Shown here piece by piece: positions 11,755-23,201 of a stretch of 64,000 nt of DNA. The stretch is from Diplonema japonicum. Its lineage: Eukaryota > Protista > Euglenozoa: Diplonemea. Every line of letters starts with the position of its first letter. Position 1 is the stretch's first letter. The stretch lies in assembly GCA_964019335.1 (NCBI GenBank), contig OZ025747.1, positions 62,001 to 126,000 of the forward strand, given 5' to 3'. Under the pieces are notes generated by a model that saw only the letters and a program-made list of their open reading frames with translations, searched no databases and was not told the DNA's origin. A program made the translations under genes and the position numbers.

Positions 11755-12015
11755 TACCTGCTGGAAGTGGTGGCAAACGAGACCAGCTTCTCCAGGACAA
11801 GAGAAACGTACACGACGCACCCCTGGAACAGATAACGGAAGGAAACGCTATGCACACCACCTGAGTGGTAGGAGCTGAAGAAGCACGTGAGCGGGAGCCT
11901 GATGATGAAGCACGGAGAAGACATTATCAAGTAGCTCAGGAAGCTGAAGTGTACGACGGACCGAGGAAGACGAGTCACCACAATGGAACTCGTACTAGAC
12001 TTCGAGAACAGGGAA
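11755..12015 (+). pseudogene. Degenerate LINE ORF2 C-terminal fragment inside the TIR element
   Basis: One frame reads YLLEVV..HPW..EL..K*LRKLK..VTTMELVLDFE with 3 stops, colinear with YLLEVV..YPW..EL..RWLGGL..VTTLELALDFE of the LINE at ~8701-8970. Confidence 0.8.
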
Positions 12016-12231
12016 AGAGGTAGATAAGTAGAGATAAGTAGACAAGGACGTTCCAGAACAGGAACCTCCTTTATCTCATCTCTTATTCTGTGTTTATTTC
12101 ATCACAGTGTTGATGGGCTGAGGCGCGTCGTGAGTGTGTATCGTGGAGGATATCTGGTGTGGAAAGAAGGGAACCTACTCCACCCACTATGCCGGATGCC
12201 TGAGTAAAGATGGGGGGTCAGAGTTTTGAAT

Positions 12232-12320
12232 TCCTGTGTGGTAGAGTGGTTACCGTGCTCACCTGTCAGGCCCCCTTGTTCCAGGAGTCGCGGGTTCGAA
12301 TCCCGACGCAGTGGTTTTTT
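12232..12320 (+). pseudogene. tRNA-like (tRNA-Asp-like) Pol III unit inside the TIR element
   Basis: 5' TCCTG, A box TGGTAGAGTGG, CCTGTCA anticodon-loop-like word, B box GGTTCGAATCCC, CTGTGT/ACGCAG pairing, T6 terminator. Extra sequence follows the anticodon and the anticodon stem is broken. Confidence 0.6.
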
Positions 12321-12644
12321 CATCAGGGTTCGAACCCCACTTGCCGTGTTTTTTCCACCGGAGCTGCTTCATTTTGTATAGTACAAAGTAAGGCAAATCA
12401 CCAAAAAAAAATTTATTACAAAAAAAAATTCCATATGTCGAACATTGGGCCCCGGACGCAAATAAATCCATTCCAGCCCTAGAAAAAGCAATTAGAAATT
12501 TTTTTTAGCTCTTCAAAATGCGGGTTCTGGTGGGTCACTTAGCGAATATAGAGCGTTATCTTTTTTTTATCTGAACGCGGTGGAGGAAATAATAAATAAA
12601 TAAAAAGAGGGAGAGGGGAAAAAAAAAAAAAAAGAAAAAAAAAA

Positions 12645-13731
12645 ATGCCCATAAAATTGGTAATGTTTGATTTCGACCAGACACTTGCGTCGATCCATGT
12701 GTATTACCTACTCAGCGAAGGCGTGGGGGGCTGCGAGACGGACGAGGAGTTCACAAAAGAGCAGTTGAAGGTGTGGAGGGACCGGTACGGCAAGGAAAAG
12801 GACCTGGACATGGTGTACGGGGGCACGGAGCGACGGACAAAATTAGCGGAATTCCTTCAAAACCTGAGGGACAAAGGCGTCATCTTAGTAATCGTGTCCC
12901 ACGGCCTGACAAATGTGGTGGCTGAGGTTGTCGAAAAAGGAGGCCTGGGAAAATTCGATGAAATCCTAGGCTGCGATGCCCCTGTGTCAGTAGGGTGCCA
13001 TTGTGTAAAATCAGCGATAGCGAAAAAAATCTCGGAAAAATACAAAATCCCGAGGCAAGAATGCCTCTTGGTGGATGATGATGTGAGGAATCTATCCGAC
13101 GCCACAGCAGTTCTCCCGACGTTGTGGGTGTGGGAACGCGAAGGGCTAACACCTGATCACTTCACACGGATTTTGCATGCAGTTGATGAAAGCAAAGAGC
13201 GAAACGGGTGGTATTCTGAGGGTAAGATCCTTCCCCTCACACAGACCCAGGCTCGTGCTGGTGGAGAATATCTCATCATTAAGGATGCCTTGGATCTTAC
13301 CTCTGCGATAAATCGCTGCAATTCATCCCCCTCACACATGCGTCTAGAACCTCTTAAGATCTTCCGGACCACCCGGAAGGGCGCCGCTTCTTATTCCCTC
13401 CTCTACCCCTCTGTCTCGTATTTGGTGGAGTTCGCACGGATGGCGAAGATTCCCAATTTTCCGACTTGTGTGGCTTATACGGGAAGCCCTGCCCCTTGCG
13501 ATTTCGTCAAGCGAGTGAAAGCAATGAAACACGGGTGTTTTATCGAAGCGTCTGGTGAAATTGTTCCCAACCTCACAGCGGTTTTGCAAGGGGTATGTTA
13601 GAAAAATAAAAAAAAAATTAAAAAAAAAATAGGACAGCGGTATCAAAATGACAAATACCTGCTTTGGAACCATCGTGCGTGAGGATGGTGAAGTGGTGCA
13701 GACATTTCATACATTTGCAGAGAAAAAGTAG
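12645..13731 (+). CDS. HAD-superfamily hydrolase (exons 12645-13592, 13633-13731)
   Basis: Motif I FDFDQT, motif II IVSHG, Lys, motif IV LVDDD..N; 40-nt GTATGT..ATAG intron near the 3' end. Confidence 0.8.
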
Positions 13732-14051
13732 AGGGTTGGGGGGGGGGGGGGGGGGGAGTTTGTTTTGTTTTGGTCATTCTTTCTTCCTCTTTTTTTTTCC
13801 CCTCTGTGCTGTTTAGTCTCCCCCCCCCTACTCTTTTTGTAAACGGAATAACCCCCCCCCCCCCCCCTCCCCTTTTGGCAATACTGAGCCGATTGTTGTG
13901 CATTCAGGTAGGGGGGGTTTTTTTTTTCCCCTCCCCCTCAACCTTAGTCTCAAGGTACGGTATCATTACTTAAATGCCCGCTATCGTTTTTCTTCTTCTT
14001 TTTTTTTTCCTGTACAAAGTTCATGGTATCCAGGGTTAAGCGATCGTGAGT

Positions 14052-14092
<41 letters not shown>

Positions 14093-14465
14093 CGGGCCGT
14101 TGCTAACCACTTCGTTCCTATCATAGTGAATTTTTTTGTACTTATGAACCAGAGCCACGTGAGAAACACACAACCCTTAGCTTCAATGAACTAAGACAAC
14201 ATCCACAGCTGCACTACATATGACGGTGTAAGACTGCCAGCGTCTACTTATGATCTCGAATTCTTATTCAATATGGTATTAAAGGTGTCGGTTAACCCTG
14301 GATGCTATGAAAGTTCGGTTTTTGAACCTACTCGAAGGTTCACCCCCCTTCTTTCTTTTTCTTTTTTTTTTCTTCCATTCTTATACTTTCCCCCCCCCTT
14401 GTTTTTTTTTCTAAAAAGAATTATAATTGAAAAAGCAAGGAGGCAAAAAAAAAAAAAAAAAAGAA

Positions 14466-14660
14466 ATGGACGGAAGACCAGTCTCGCCAGAACTCGAAAG
14501 CTGGGTGATCCAGGGGCCTCTCAGGGCATCTATGAAAAGTCAACGCCACGCATCTGCCATAGACCTCCTGCTCATAGCCGCGAAAGGACAAGGGCTGCAG
14601 GTAGGTGAGAAGGAACAATCTGTATTGGACTGCTTGCAGCTAGCTATAGTTGAAGCATGA
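14466..14660 (+). CDS. Small hypothetical protein (64 aa)
   Basis: ATG directly after an A tract like neighbouring genes; complex sequence island; no recognisable motif. Confidence 0.3.
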   Translation: MDGRPVSPELESWVIQGPLRASMKSQRHASAIDLLLIAAKGQGLQVGEKEQSVLDCLQLAIVEA

Positions 14661-14985
14661 TGTCAGGGCCACTACACCCAATACAAGAAATATTTTAAAC
14701 AACATTTTTTTTTTTCTCTTCTTCTTTCTTTTTTAAACCCTCTCTCTTTCCAGTGAGAGGACGCAATATTATTCTTTTTTTTTTCCGGCCATGGAATTTG
14801 TGTTGTAAGTTTGTGGACACCCTGGAGCATCAAAAAAAAAAAGTTAATTTTTTTTTTTGAACGGCTTACCTACTCATTGTTATAAGTCCCTTTTCTCTCT
14901 CTCCGCTTTGCCATTCCTCCCCGCCGCCATAAGCCATAACCTTTGCTTCTTCTTTCTCCCCCCCCCCCCCCCCCCGCGGATTTAA

Positions 14986-15237
14986 CCCTTATGCTACCAG
15001 CTGGTTCTGTAGGAGCAGTTAATGTGGGATTTCTTTTTTTTTCCCTCTCGGGCGAGCAACTGTACCAAGGCACAGGCACAGGCAGACCTCTTAAAACGAG
15101 GGCAACGTGGACGGCGTTTCACGTCGCCGTGTCTGGGAGGTGGTGGCGCAAAAGTAAGATAGTTAAGGTTAACCTTAAGCTCCAGGTAAAATCGGAAAAA
15201 TCCAAAAATCAATTAACCCCCCTGGGTAGTATAAGGG
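14986..15237. mobile_element. piggyBac-type MITE, family B copy 1
   Basis: TTAA|CCCTTATGCTACC ... GGTAGTATAAGGG|TTTA; both subterminal regions match the copy at 58335-58656 in opposite orientation. Confidence 0.75.
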
Positions 15238-15404
15238 TTTAAAAAAAAAAAATGATAAGGAAAGTAAACACGCGTAACCAACACAACATTGTCGAGAGCG
15301 CCCTTTTCTCTTTTTTTTTTTTTTTTTTTATCTTCAGGGTTGAGCTGCACACCGCCGGGCGCAACCAAACTGGCCTCCTTTATCTCTTACATGAGCCCGT
15401 CCGG

Positions 15405-15438
<34 letters not shown>

Positions 15439-15693
15439 AATACCTTCCCACCTTTTTGGTGATCAAGCTCAGACGCGGGTTTTTTCTGCAGGAGGGTCAT
15501 TTGTTGATATTTTTTGCCAGACGGACTCATATATATTTTTTTTCCCCCCTTTTTTTTTTTTTTTTTTTTTTTTGTTTCCCCCTTCAAAATCCTCTCTTCG
15601 TTTTGTGTTGCGTTATTCGCGATATTTAAAAAAAAAAGGAAAAAAAAAATGATTTGTATTTTAGCTTCCTTATGCGGGTTTAGGTTCCCTCTC

Positions 15694-15731
<38 letters not shown>

Positions 15732-15750
15732 CAGGTGGTGGGGATAACAT

Positions 15751-15990
15751 GGAAATATAAAGAAGTTACATCAGATGTGTTGTTCGCTGTTGACCTCCCC
15801 GTCGGTCATCACCGGTAGCGCCCAAGTGGAAGAAGCAGATGCTCTGGGTGGCGAATAGGCAGCAAACTACACGGGCTCAGAATCTTGGTTACCCGGGGCG
15901 CCCCGGCTGGGGTTGAGCTGCACACCGCACGCATTAAGGACACGACGCGGAACGCAGAAGAAGCTACAGCTAGGCCGAGGTGCGCCCCCT
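15751..15990 (+). repeat. Dispersed intergenic repeat, copy 1
   Basis: Colinear with 47493-47669 (ACATCAGATGTGTTGTTCGCTGT..CGTCGGTCATCACCGGTAGCGCC..GCACGCATTAAGGACACGAC); a 19-nt piece recurs at 15337-15355. Confidence 0.8.
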
Positions 15991-16794
15991 GCCCCCACCG
16001 GCTTCCTTTAAATCATCGAGTTTTTTTTTTTTTTTTTTTTTTTTGTCTCTCCTTTCTTGCCTTTGTACCAATATCAATGTGGGCTTGGGCTCGGCCATTT
16101 AGTTTTGGGCTCTTTTGGAAAACCCGAGCAAGCTCTCTTACGTAAAAACATCATGCTTTCAGAATTTATCCACAAGCAAAAAAAAAAAAAAAAAATCTTT
16201 TATACACATTTCCTTACACCGCTGACTGAGCAGGATGGAACTCCTTCCTTCTAGATGCTAGTCTCTCAGCCGGGCTGTGTGTCACAAACCAACTCTTTTT
16301 CATTTTTATCTTCCTGCACACCTAGGCATCTCTCTCTCTCTTTTTTCCCTTTCAAAGTTGCCCTGGGGTGTGTTTGTGCTTTTTTTTTTTCCTTCTCTTC
16401 CCATATTATTTTGCGTCTTTTTGGAAATTTTGTTATTTAACGTGTCTAGGGAGGGGAAAAAAGAAACAAAAAAGGGGGGGGGGGGGGAACCCCTTCGTGA
16501 ATTCTTAACAAAATTTATTTTTGGCCAAGCTTTGTTTTAAAATACCCCCCCCCCATCAGTGAAAGTCTATTTTTTGCTGAGAAAATCCCAGACAACCCCT
16601 CCCCATTCCAACAACTTAGTTTTTAAACAGCCCGTCGACTGTTTGTTTTTTTTTTTAAGGCGATCCTGTCACATACTGCAGGTTCCCTTCAAAGACACCT
16701 TTTTTTTTTTTTTTTACACTACCCCTGGTCCCCGACTCGCCTCAACAAAAGGACCTGTGGTAAGCCTCCCTACTTTTTTTCTTTTCTCTCCTAT

Positions 16795-16836
<42 letters not shown>

Positions 16837-16925
16837 CCTCCAGGACAGACACCACAAAAGCTGCGGGAGGGCTACGCAAGGCTTTAAAGGCAACAATACA
16901 AAAAAAAAAAAAAATAATAATAACC

Positions 16926-18083
16926 ATGAAGGACACCCGGGTTCGTACCGAGAAAAGCATTGTGTACGAAATCCTTTCAGGTGAGATAGAGGGCGTGGCA
17001 GGCGCGGCTATAGGGTATCTTGATGACGCCATGCTCGAAGGGGGTCTGGACAGCGACGTCATAAAAAAAAAATATTTGGAAAACCTTCCGTTCATCGGTG
17101 GGGTGCTGGAGGTGGCCGGCGTGGGGCGGTTGGCAACCATCATCCTGCCCAGGTTCCAATCAGAAGTTTTTGAAGACCAAGAACAACTACTGCTAGAAAT
17201 CGACAAGGCCATACGGTTGTCCGCAAAAATCGGCGCAAAATGCGTCTCTTTAACAGGCCTCATACCCTCCGCCACCTCACACGGAGAAGCTATAAAAAAC
17301 AAAACAAAAACATTTGTAACCACCGGCCACGCAACGACAACAGCGTGCATTGTGCTAAACGTAAGGAAAACCCTTGAGGTAACGTCAAAAACTCTCGAAA
17401 CTTCGACGCTGATAGCAATCGGTTTAGGGAGTATCGGGACGGCAGCCATTCGCTTGTGCTTGTCGGTCCTCCCTCATCCTACCGATTTGGTCTTCATCGA
17501 CGTCAAAAGCAAGAAATCGGACCTCGAATGCCTAGTTCAAGAGGTACAAGAGCGTTTAAACTACTCCGGATCCTTCAAAATCCTGATTTCAGACGGCAAA
17601 ACAGTCCCAAATGATGTATATTCAACCCGAAACGCTGTTATTCTAGGTGCTACCAACGTCGGTGGGATTTTAGACACAAACCGGCTCCATCCGGGGACTG
17701 TAATAATCGACGATTCTGCGCCGCATCTTTTCAACCCGAGTCAGATGTGGGATCGGATGGGGAAAACACATGATGTGCTGGCCACGGAGGCAGGGCCCTT
17801 AACGCTTCCCACGCTTCGAGAAGAGCGTATATTTACCCCAACGAGATGGGTCGGTAGCCCTGATCTGCTTCCCCCTCCTCCCGACCCGTCTATTATCATG
17901 GGGTGTACCTTGTCGTGCCTGCTCACTGCAAATTCATTTGAAAAATTCCCCCCTCAGCTGGGCACCGTTCGGCTGGAAGAAAGCGTGGCACACTACGAGA
18001 AACTGCTGGAACTCGGCTGCACGGGATGCATGCCGAACATCGACGACGTCATGGTTGGGGAGGAATGCTGGAACCGTATTTGA
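16926..18083 (+). CDS. Rossmann-fold acyl-ACP-reductase/shikimate-DH-like protein resembling a domain of bacterial PKS/NRPS proteins
   Basis: VSLTGLIPSAT, TTGHATTT, IGLGSIG (NAD(P) binding), ILGATNV, IIDDSAPH, GC..S.LL; intronless, 385 aa. Confidence 0.65.
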   Translation: MKDTRVRTEKSIVYEILSGEIEGVAGAAIGYLDDAMLEGGLDSDVIKKKYLENLPFIGGVLEVAGVGRLATIILPRFQSEVFEDQEQLLLEIDKAIRLSAKIGAKCVSLTGLIPSATSHGEAIKNKTKTFVTTGHATTTACIVLNVRKTLEVTSKTLETSTLIAIGLGSIGTAAIRLCLSVLPHPTDLVFIDVKSKKSDLECLVQEVQERLNYSGSFKILISDGKTVPNDVYSTRNAVILGATNVGGILDTNRLHPGTVIIDDSAPHLFNPSQMWDRMGKTHDVLATEAGPLTLPTLREERIFTPTRWVGSPDLLPPPPDPSIIMGCTLSCLLTANSFEKFPPQLGTVRLEESVAHYEKLLELGCTGCMPNIDDVMVGEECWNRI

Positions 18084-18246
18084 AAAACGACAATTTTTTT
18101 TTTTCTTTTCTTACACTCGGTGGGGGAGTTTACACCCTTTTTTTTTTGATTGAAAATTTTTCCCAATTTCACCCCGCAAAAAAAAAAAAAAAAACAACAC
18201 AAAAAAAAAAAAAGGAGAGGGGGAGAGGGGGAGAAAAAAAAAATAA

Positions 18247-21200
18247 ATGACGTCTTCTTTTGGTGCCACAAATGTAGTGGTTGCCGTGCGGGCGCGTCCC
18301 CTGACGCCGCAGGAGGAGGCGAAGGGTGACAACAACCGTCTGACCCTGGCGATGGACCAAGGGACGAAAACAACCACACTGATGGACCTGAACACAGGCG
18401 CGAAAAAAAAATTCAGATTCGACTACAACTACTGGTCTGTGGGGGACATGGACACCAACGGACATGCCTCGCAGCTCACAATTTTCAACGATCTGGCAGA
18501 AGCACAACTGAAACACGCCCTAAGCGGCTACAACGCATGCATATTCGCATACGGGCAGACCTCTTCCGGAAAAACACACACAATGATGGGACCCCCTTCG
18601 CACACCGACCATTCAAAGTTCTCATCCAACACAGGACTGATCCCAAGAATGTGCGACTCCCTCTTCACTCGTATCGAACAGTCTGATTCAGCGCACACAT
18701 CGATCAGAGTGGAAATGTCGTTCTACGAAATTTACAATGAAAAGGTGTACTGTTTGTTGGACCCGAGCACGAATGGAAGTTTGAAACCACGCGAGGATCC
18801 GAAGGCAGGGCCGTATGTAGAGAATCTTCAAGCCGTGCAAGTTACACATTATCAACATGTCGCGGAGCTGCTCAAGATAGGCAACAAGACACGACACACA
18901 TCCAAAACGAAGATGAACGATCGCTCTAGCCGGTCTCACGCCGTGTTTTGCTTGACAATCACAAAATCGGAGTGGAACAAGGACTCAGGTGACGCAACAG
19001 AGTTCATCTCACGCGTAAATTTAGTCGATCTTGCCGGCTCAGAGAGAACCTCCAAAGCCGGGACAGAAGGCGACACATTGAAGGAAGGGATCAACATCAA
19101 CAAGTCCTTAACATCCCTCGGGATGGTCATCAAAAAACTCGCTGATCTAAACGACCCTTCCGTTCAAGCCGACGGTTCCTTTGTCCCGTACCGCGATTCC
19201 ACTTTAACATGGTTGTTGAAAGACAACCTTGGTGGGAACTCCAGAACGGTCATGCTCGCAACGCTTTCCCCGTGTAAATATAATTACGATGAAACACACA
19301 CCACATTGAGATACGCGGAACGAGTGAAATTGATCAAGAACGCGCCCTCTGTCAACAGGAGGGGTTCGAGCAGGAAAATTATCCGCGATCTTCGGCAGCA
19401 AATTAGATCGTTGCACGAACAACTTGCAACACCACAGCTTGCCTTGTCCACCTCCTACCGATCGACCCCCATCGGGATCTGGGCAACATCCCCTTTCCTT
19501 CAAAGAAAGCCCATCTTGAATGAGCCCTTCATATGGCTGCTTTCTGAAGGGTACACCGTAGTTACATCAACGCCTTCGTACGAGTACCTCAGAACGCAAG
19601 ACGCCCTCCCGTCTGCATCGATGGGTTCCATGACACCCCGTACTAAAAGCCGTAGGAACTCGGCAGGGACTGTAAAGCGTACCCCGTCTTACTTACAGCC
19701 CACGCTTGCATCGGCGTTCAAAGACACAGAGGTTGCAGAACAACTTAAAGGAAGCGATATGATCGGCAAGGATCTAGCTCATACCGTGATGACAAGCACT
19801 GACGAGAATAAACCAAGGAGGCTGAGATCTGTCGACATGGGGGGACGCAAGAGCTCTCGGAAGCGCAGCTCGTCAGGCGGTGTGGGGAAACGTTCGTCCG
19901 TTGCAAAGGACAAGAAACAAGGCAGCGGGAACAACATCGAACCACCCACAGTGGAGATCAAACAAGTCGAAGACAGTGAGGGCGAGGACGAACCCGAAGC
20001 ACAGACCGCCGTCCCCACCCTCAACATCCCAATGGTCAAATGCAGAACCTCAAGCATCCTGGGTGTGAGGCTGTCGTCGTCATCGCTTCAGATCCCCCCT
20101 TCCGTGAACCCTACACCCCGTGATGACGCGTCTTTGGACTCCGATATTGAGACATTCTTTGAAAACCAGCCCGCACCGTGGTCCTGGTCGTACGCGAATA
20201 AAGATGTTCACAGTATTAAAATCGCTGGTATCACAGACCCCGACAATGCGCCGTATGCTGTGTTTAAGTCCACAGGGAGCAGTGTGTCGTTGCTCCCCCT
20301 TGGATCCGTGTACCTCAACGGGAACCTGCTGCCTTGCAACGCCACGACCGTCCTCTCCGGGTCGTGCGAGATACGATTCGGATCCACACCGCCGTTCATC
20401 TTCATGGACCCGAAGGAGGCGCGGACTGTTAACGAGAAGGGTGAGGTCAACGGAGCTGACGTGTTGGAGGAAGCGAGCAAAGAACTGCTCGACGGTAGGC
20501 TGTGGAACGACGGTGTGGGGGTTTTGAACGTACACAGCCCAACACCGGCGGAAGCTATGCTTCAAAAACGTGTCAGAGAGTTGGAGGAGCAGAACACACT
20601 GTTGATGGCGGATCGTAGCCATCAGCAACGGCACCGGGAAGAAGAAGACGAGAGAGCTCCCAAGAGCGTCCCTTCCCCTACACCCCCTTCACTGGACAGT
20701 ATCACGTTAACACAGAACGCAGACTCGTCGTGGACCTTGGTTCCGGGTACGTCCTCTGCCCTACCCCCGCTGACAGCGGAGTCTGCTGGTAAGCTTCTTG
20801 AGCAGATACAAAACAGCTCTTCCTCATTCAAGTCTGGGAGCGGTGGTGCTGGCTTGAAGGTGATCACCACGTCTGACTACAACCAGCTCAAACACGATGT
20901 CATTGTGGAGAAGGCAAAGCTCGAGTCTGCCAAATCGGACCTTGAGATCAATCATCAAAAGGAGCTCCTCAGCGTTGAGAAGGATCTTGAGGTATTAGCT
21001 TTTTTTTTGTTACAAATATTTATCTTTCAAAAAAATGATTTTATAACTATATGCAACTTGTGCCGAGCAAAAAACTTTCGCAGCTTTTTAAAAAACCTTT
21101 TTTGCTCGTGCGAACAACAAAGACATATAGTCATAAAGAATTATTTTTTGTTTCTCTTTCCTCTTTACTTCACACCCCCTCCCCCCCCCCCCCCCCCCCC

Positions 21201-22396
21201 CCGCCAGATCACAAGGCAGCGTCTAGCGGTACTGGAGTTCCAGAATGTCAAGGCAAGGGAACAGGCAGACTCGGCCACCGCGAGCGAAACCGAGGTGAGC
21301 GATCTGCGCGTAAGGGCAGAGGATTTGAACAGGCTTCTTGCCGAGGTGTGTAACTTTCCAAAAAAAAAAACCCCCCCAGGGAGACCTCCGTCGCCGGGAC
21401 CTTGAGCTGACAGTAAGAAAAATGGAGTCGAACAAGAGGGAAGAAATGTATTGTCAAAAAAAAAAAGAAAATTAAAAAATCCCCAACAGCCGTGAACTGG
21501 AGTCAAAGCTCGGTTCTGAAGACTACAAAGCACAGCAGAAGAAGATCGAAAGCGAGGTCCACGACAAGTACCGACAGCTCGACATTTTAAAAGCGCAGAT
21601 CGGCGACAAGAAACACGCGACGAAGCAGCTGCAAGACAGTTACAACGAAAGGCTCACGGATCTGGAAAGGGAAGCGTGGGAGAAACACCGGGCCATCAAA
21701 GAGCTGCAGATCGAGGAGCAAGACGGGGTGAGCAGGCTGCAACAGTTGAAACAAGAAGAGGAAAGGCTTGCCGAAAAGCTCGCGAAGCACAAAAAGGCAA
21801 AAGAAGAGGTGATGTGTGCAAAGGAACTAAACGCAGTTGACGAATATGAGTTTATGGGAGGGCTACGCCTCGACGACCCCATGTTCAGGAATAAAGGCAT
21901 TATGCTCTCACGACAGAGCAGGACACCAATTTGCTTGAAGTTCACTTTGTCTGGGTTAGTTGTTCACAACGCGGATGCGTTGAAAACAGGAGTTGTCAGA
22001 CAAACTAGGGGCCCATCTCGTGCCTTATCTCCAGCAGGCCGAGCGATAGGTGGAGCAGCGGGAAATCCTTCCTCATTGGAGCCCTTACGCGAGGTTTTGT
22101 ACGACAAAATTCAAAAGGTGAAACTCATCGACGGTTGTGTTATTCAAGTGACCGCGTCTGGGCACACCTCTGACTTAGGGATCCTTTGTGACAACAAGCA
22201 GAAGAGGACCGCCATTCAAAAACTGCTCATGTTGAAAACAAAAGGTGTCATTCTTGCGCTTCCCAACCACCCCCCTCATATCGACCCGCATGACTGTTTT
22301 TCCGAAGAGGAAATCACCCCCCACGGGAATTCGCCTTCGAATTCGCTTTCACCCACCGGAATCCCGCCGATGGTAAAAACTGCGGTGAGACGGTAG
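18247..22396 (+). CDS. Kinesin-3-type motor (exons 18247-20991, 21208-21345, 21380-21447, 21490-22396)
   Basis: VVVAVRARP, FDYNYWS, GQTSSGKT, SSRSHA, DLAGSE, VPYRDS.LTWLLKDNLGGNS; FHA-like region, coiled coils and PH-like C-terminus. Three GT-AG introns join all frames. Confidence 0.93.
21073..21137. repeat. Dispersed repeat in kinesin intron 1
   Basis: AACTTTCGCAGCTTTTT..TTTGCTCGTGCGAACAACAAAGACATATAGTCATAAA is the reverse complement of 49524-49612. Confidence 0.8.
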
Positions 22397-23201
22397 GGGG
22401 ATGGAAAAGCAAAAAATTAGACTTTTTTTTTTTTTTTTTTTACACTTTATTTTTTTTTTTTTTTGTTGATGAGTTTATATTTTTATTTTGACACGGAAGA
22501 AAGAAAGAAAAAAAAAAGAATCTGCGAGATGTACAGTAGAATTATGGACATAACAAGGGGAGAAAGAGAGAGAGGAAAGAAAAATTTCTTTTTGTTCCAT
22601 TTCTCTTTTTTTTTTTAAAGTTTTTTCTTGCAAAGTAGAAAAAAATTCCTTTTTTTTTACCTCCTTTTTTTTTTTTTTTACCCTTAGGAGTAGGGCAAAA
22701 AAAAAAGAAGAAAAAAAAAAAAACACGGTGAAAAGAAAAATCCCCCACCACCACCGTTGTTTTTTTTTTTTGTTATCCCTTATTCTTTCTCCCTACCATT
22801 TCCTTTCTACAATATCCTTCCATTTTCTTTTCTGAAGTGCACATAACATCCCCGTATCTTACGGTGGAGTATGGAGAGCTCTCTTTTTTTTTTCTCTCCT
22901 TTTTTTTGTTCTCCTTTTTTTTCCCCCCTTTATTTATTGATTTTCTCAGCCCTTTTTTTTTTGTTTTTTTTTTTTTTTTTATAGAAAACTACCATATTTT
23001 TTTTTTTTTAAAAAAAAAATCCCCCTCCCTCTTTTTAGACCAAAAAAAAAAAAAAAATGCACATAAAAATTTTTTATCCTGTTCCATTTTTTTTTTTTTT
23101 TTTTTTTTTTAAAATTACACACTCCAATATAAACTTTGAAAAAAAAAAAAAAAAAAGTTGGGCAAGAGCGGGGCGAGAGGCTTCGGCACACAACAACAAC
23201 C

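Larger units (their letters stand above)
10281..12555. mobile_element. Non-autonomous DNA transposon with 24-bp TIRs and TTA flanks (PIF/Harbinger-like by TSD only)
   Basis: CGCTCCATATTCGCTAAGTGACCC (10281-10304) vs GGGTCACTTAGCGAATATAGAGCG (12532-12555), 23/24 inverted match. TTA at 10278-10280 and 12556-12558. No transposase recognised. Confidence 0.85.

Noticed and set aside
12232-12314. Functional tRNA-Asp gene
   Set aside because: The anticodon stem and acceptor end do not pair properly and it lies within a TIR element; kept as tRNA-like only.
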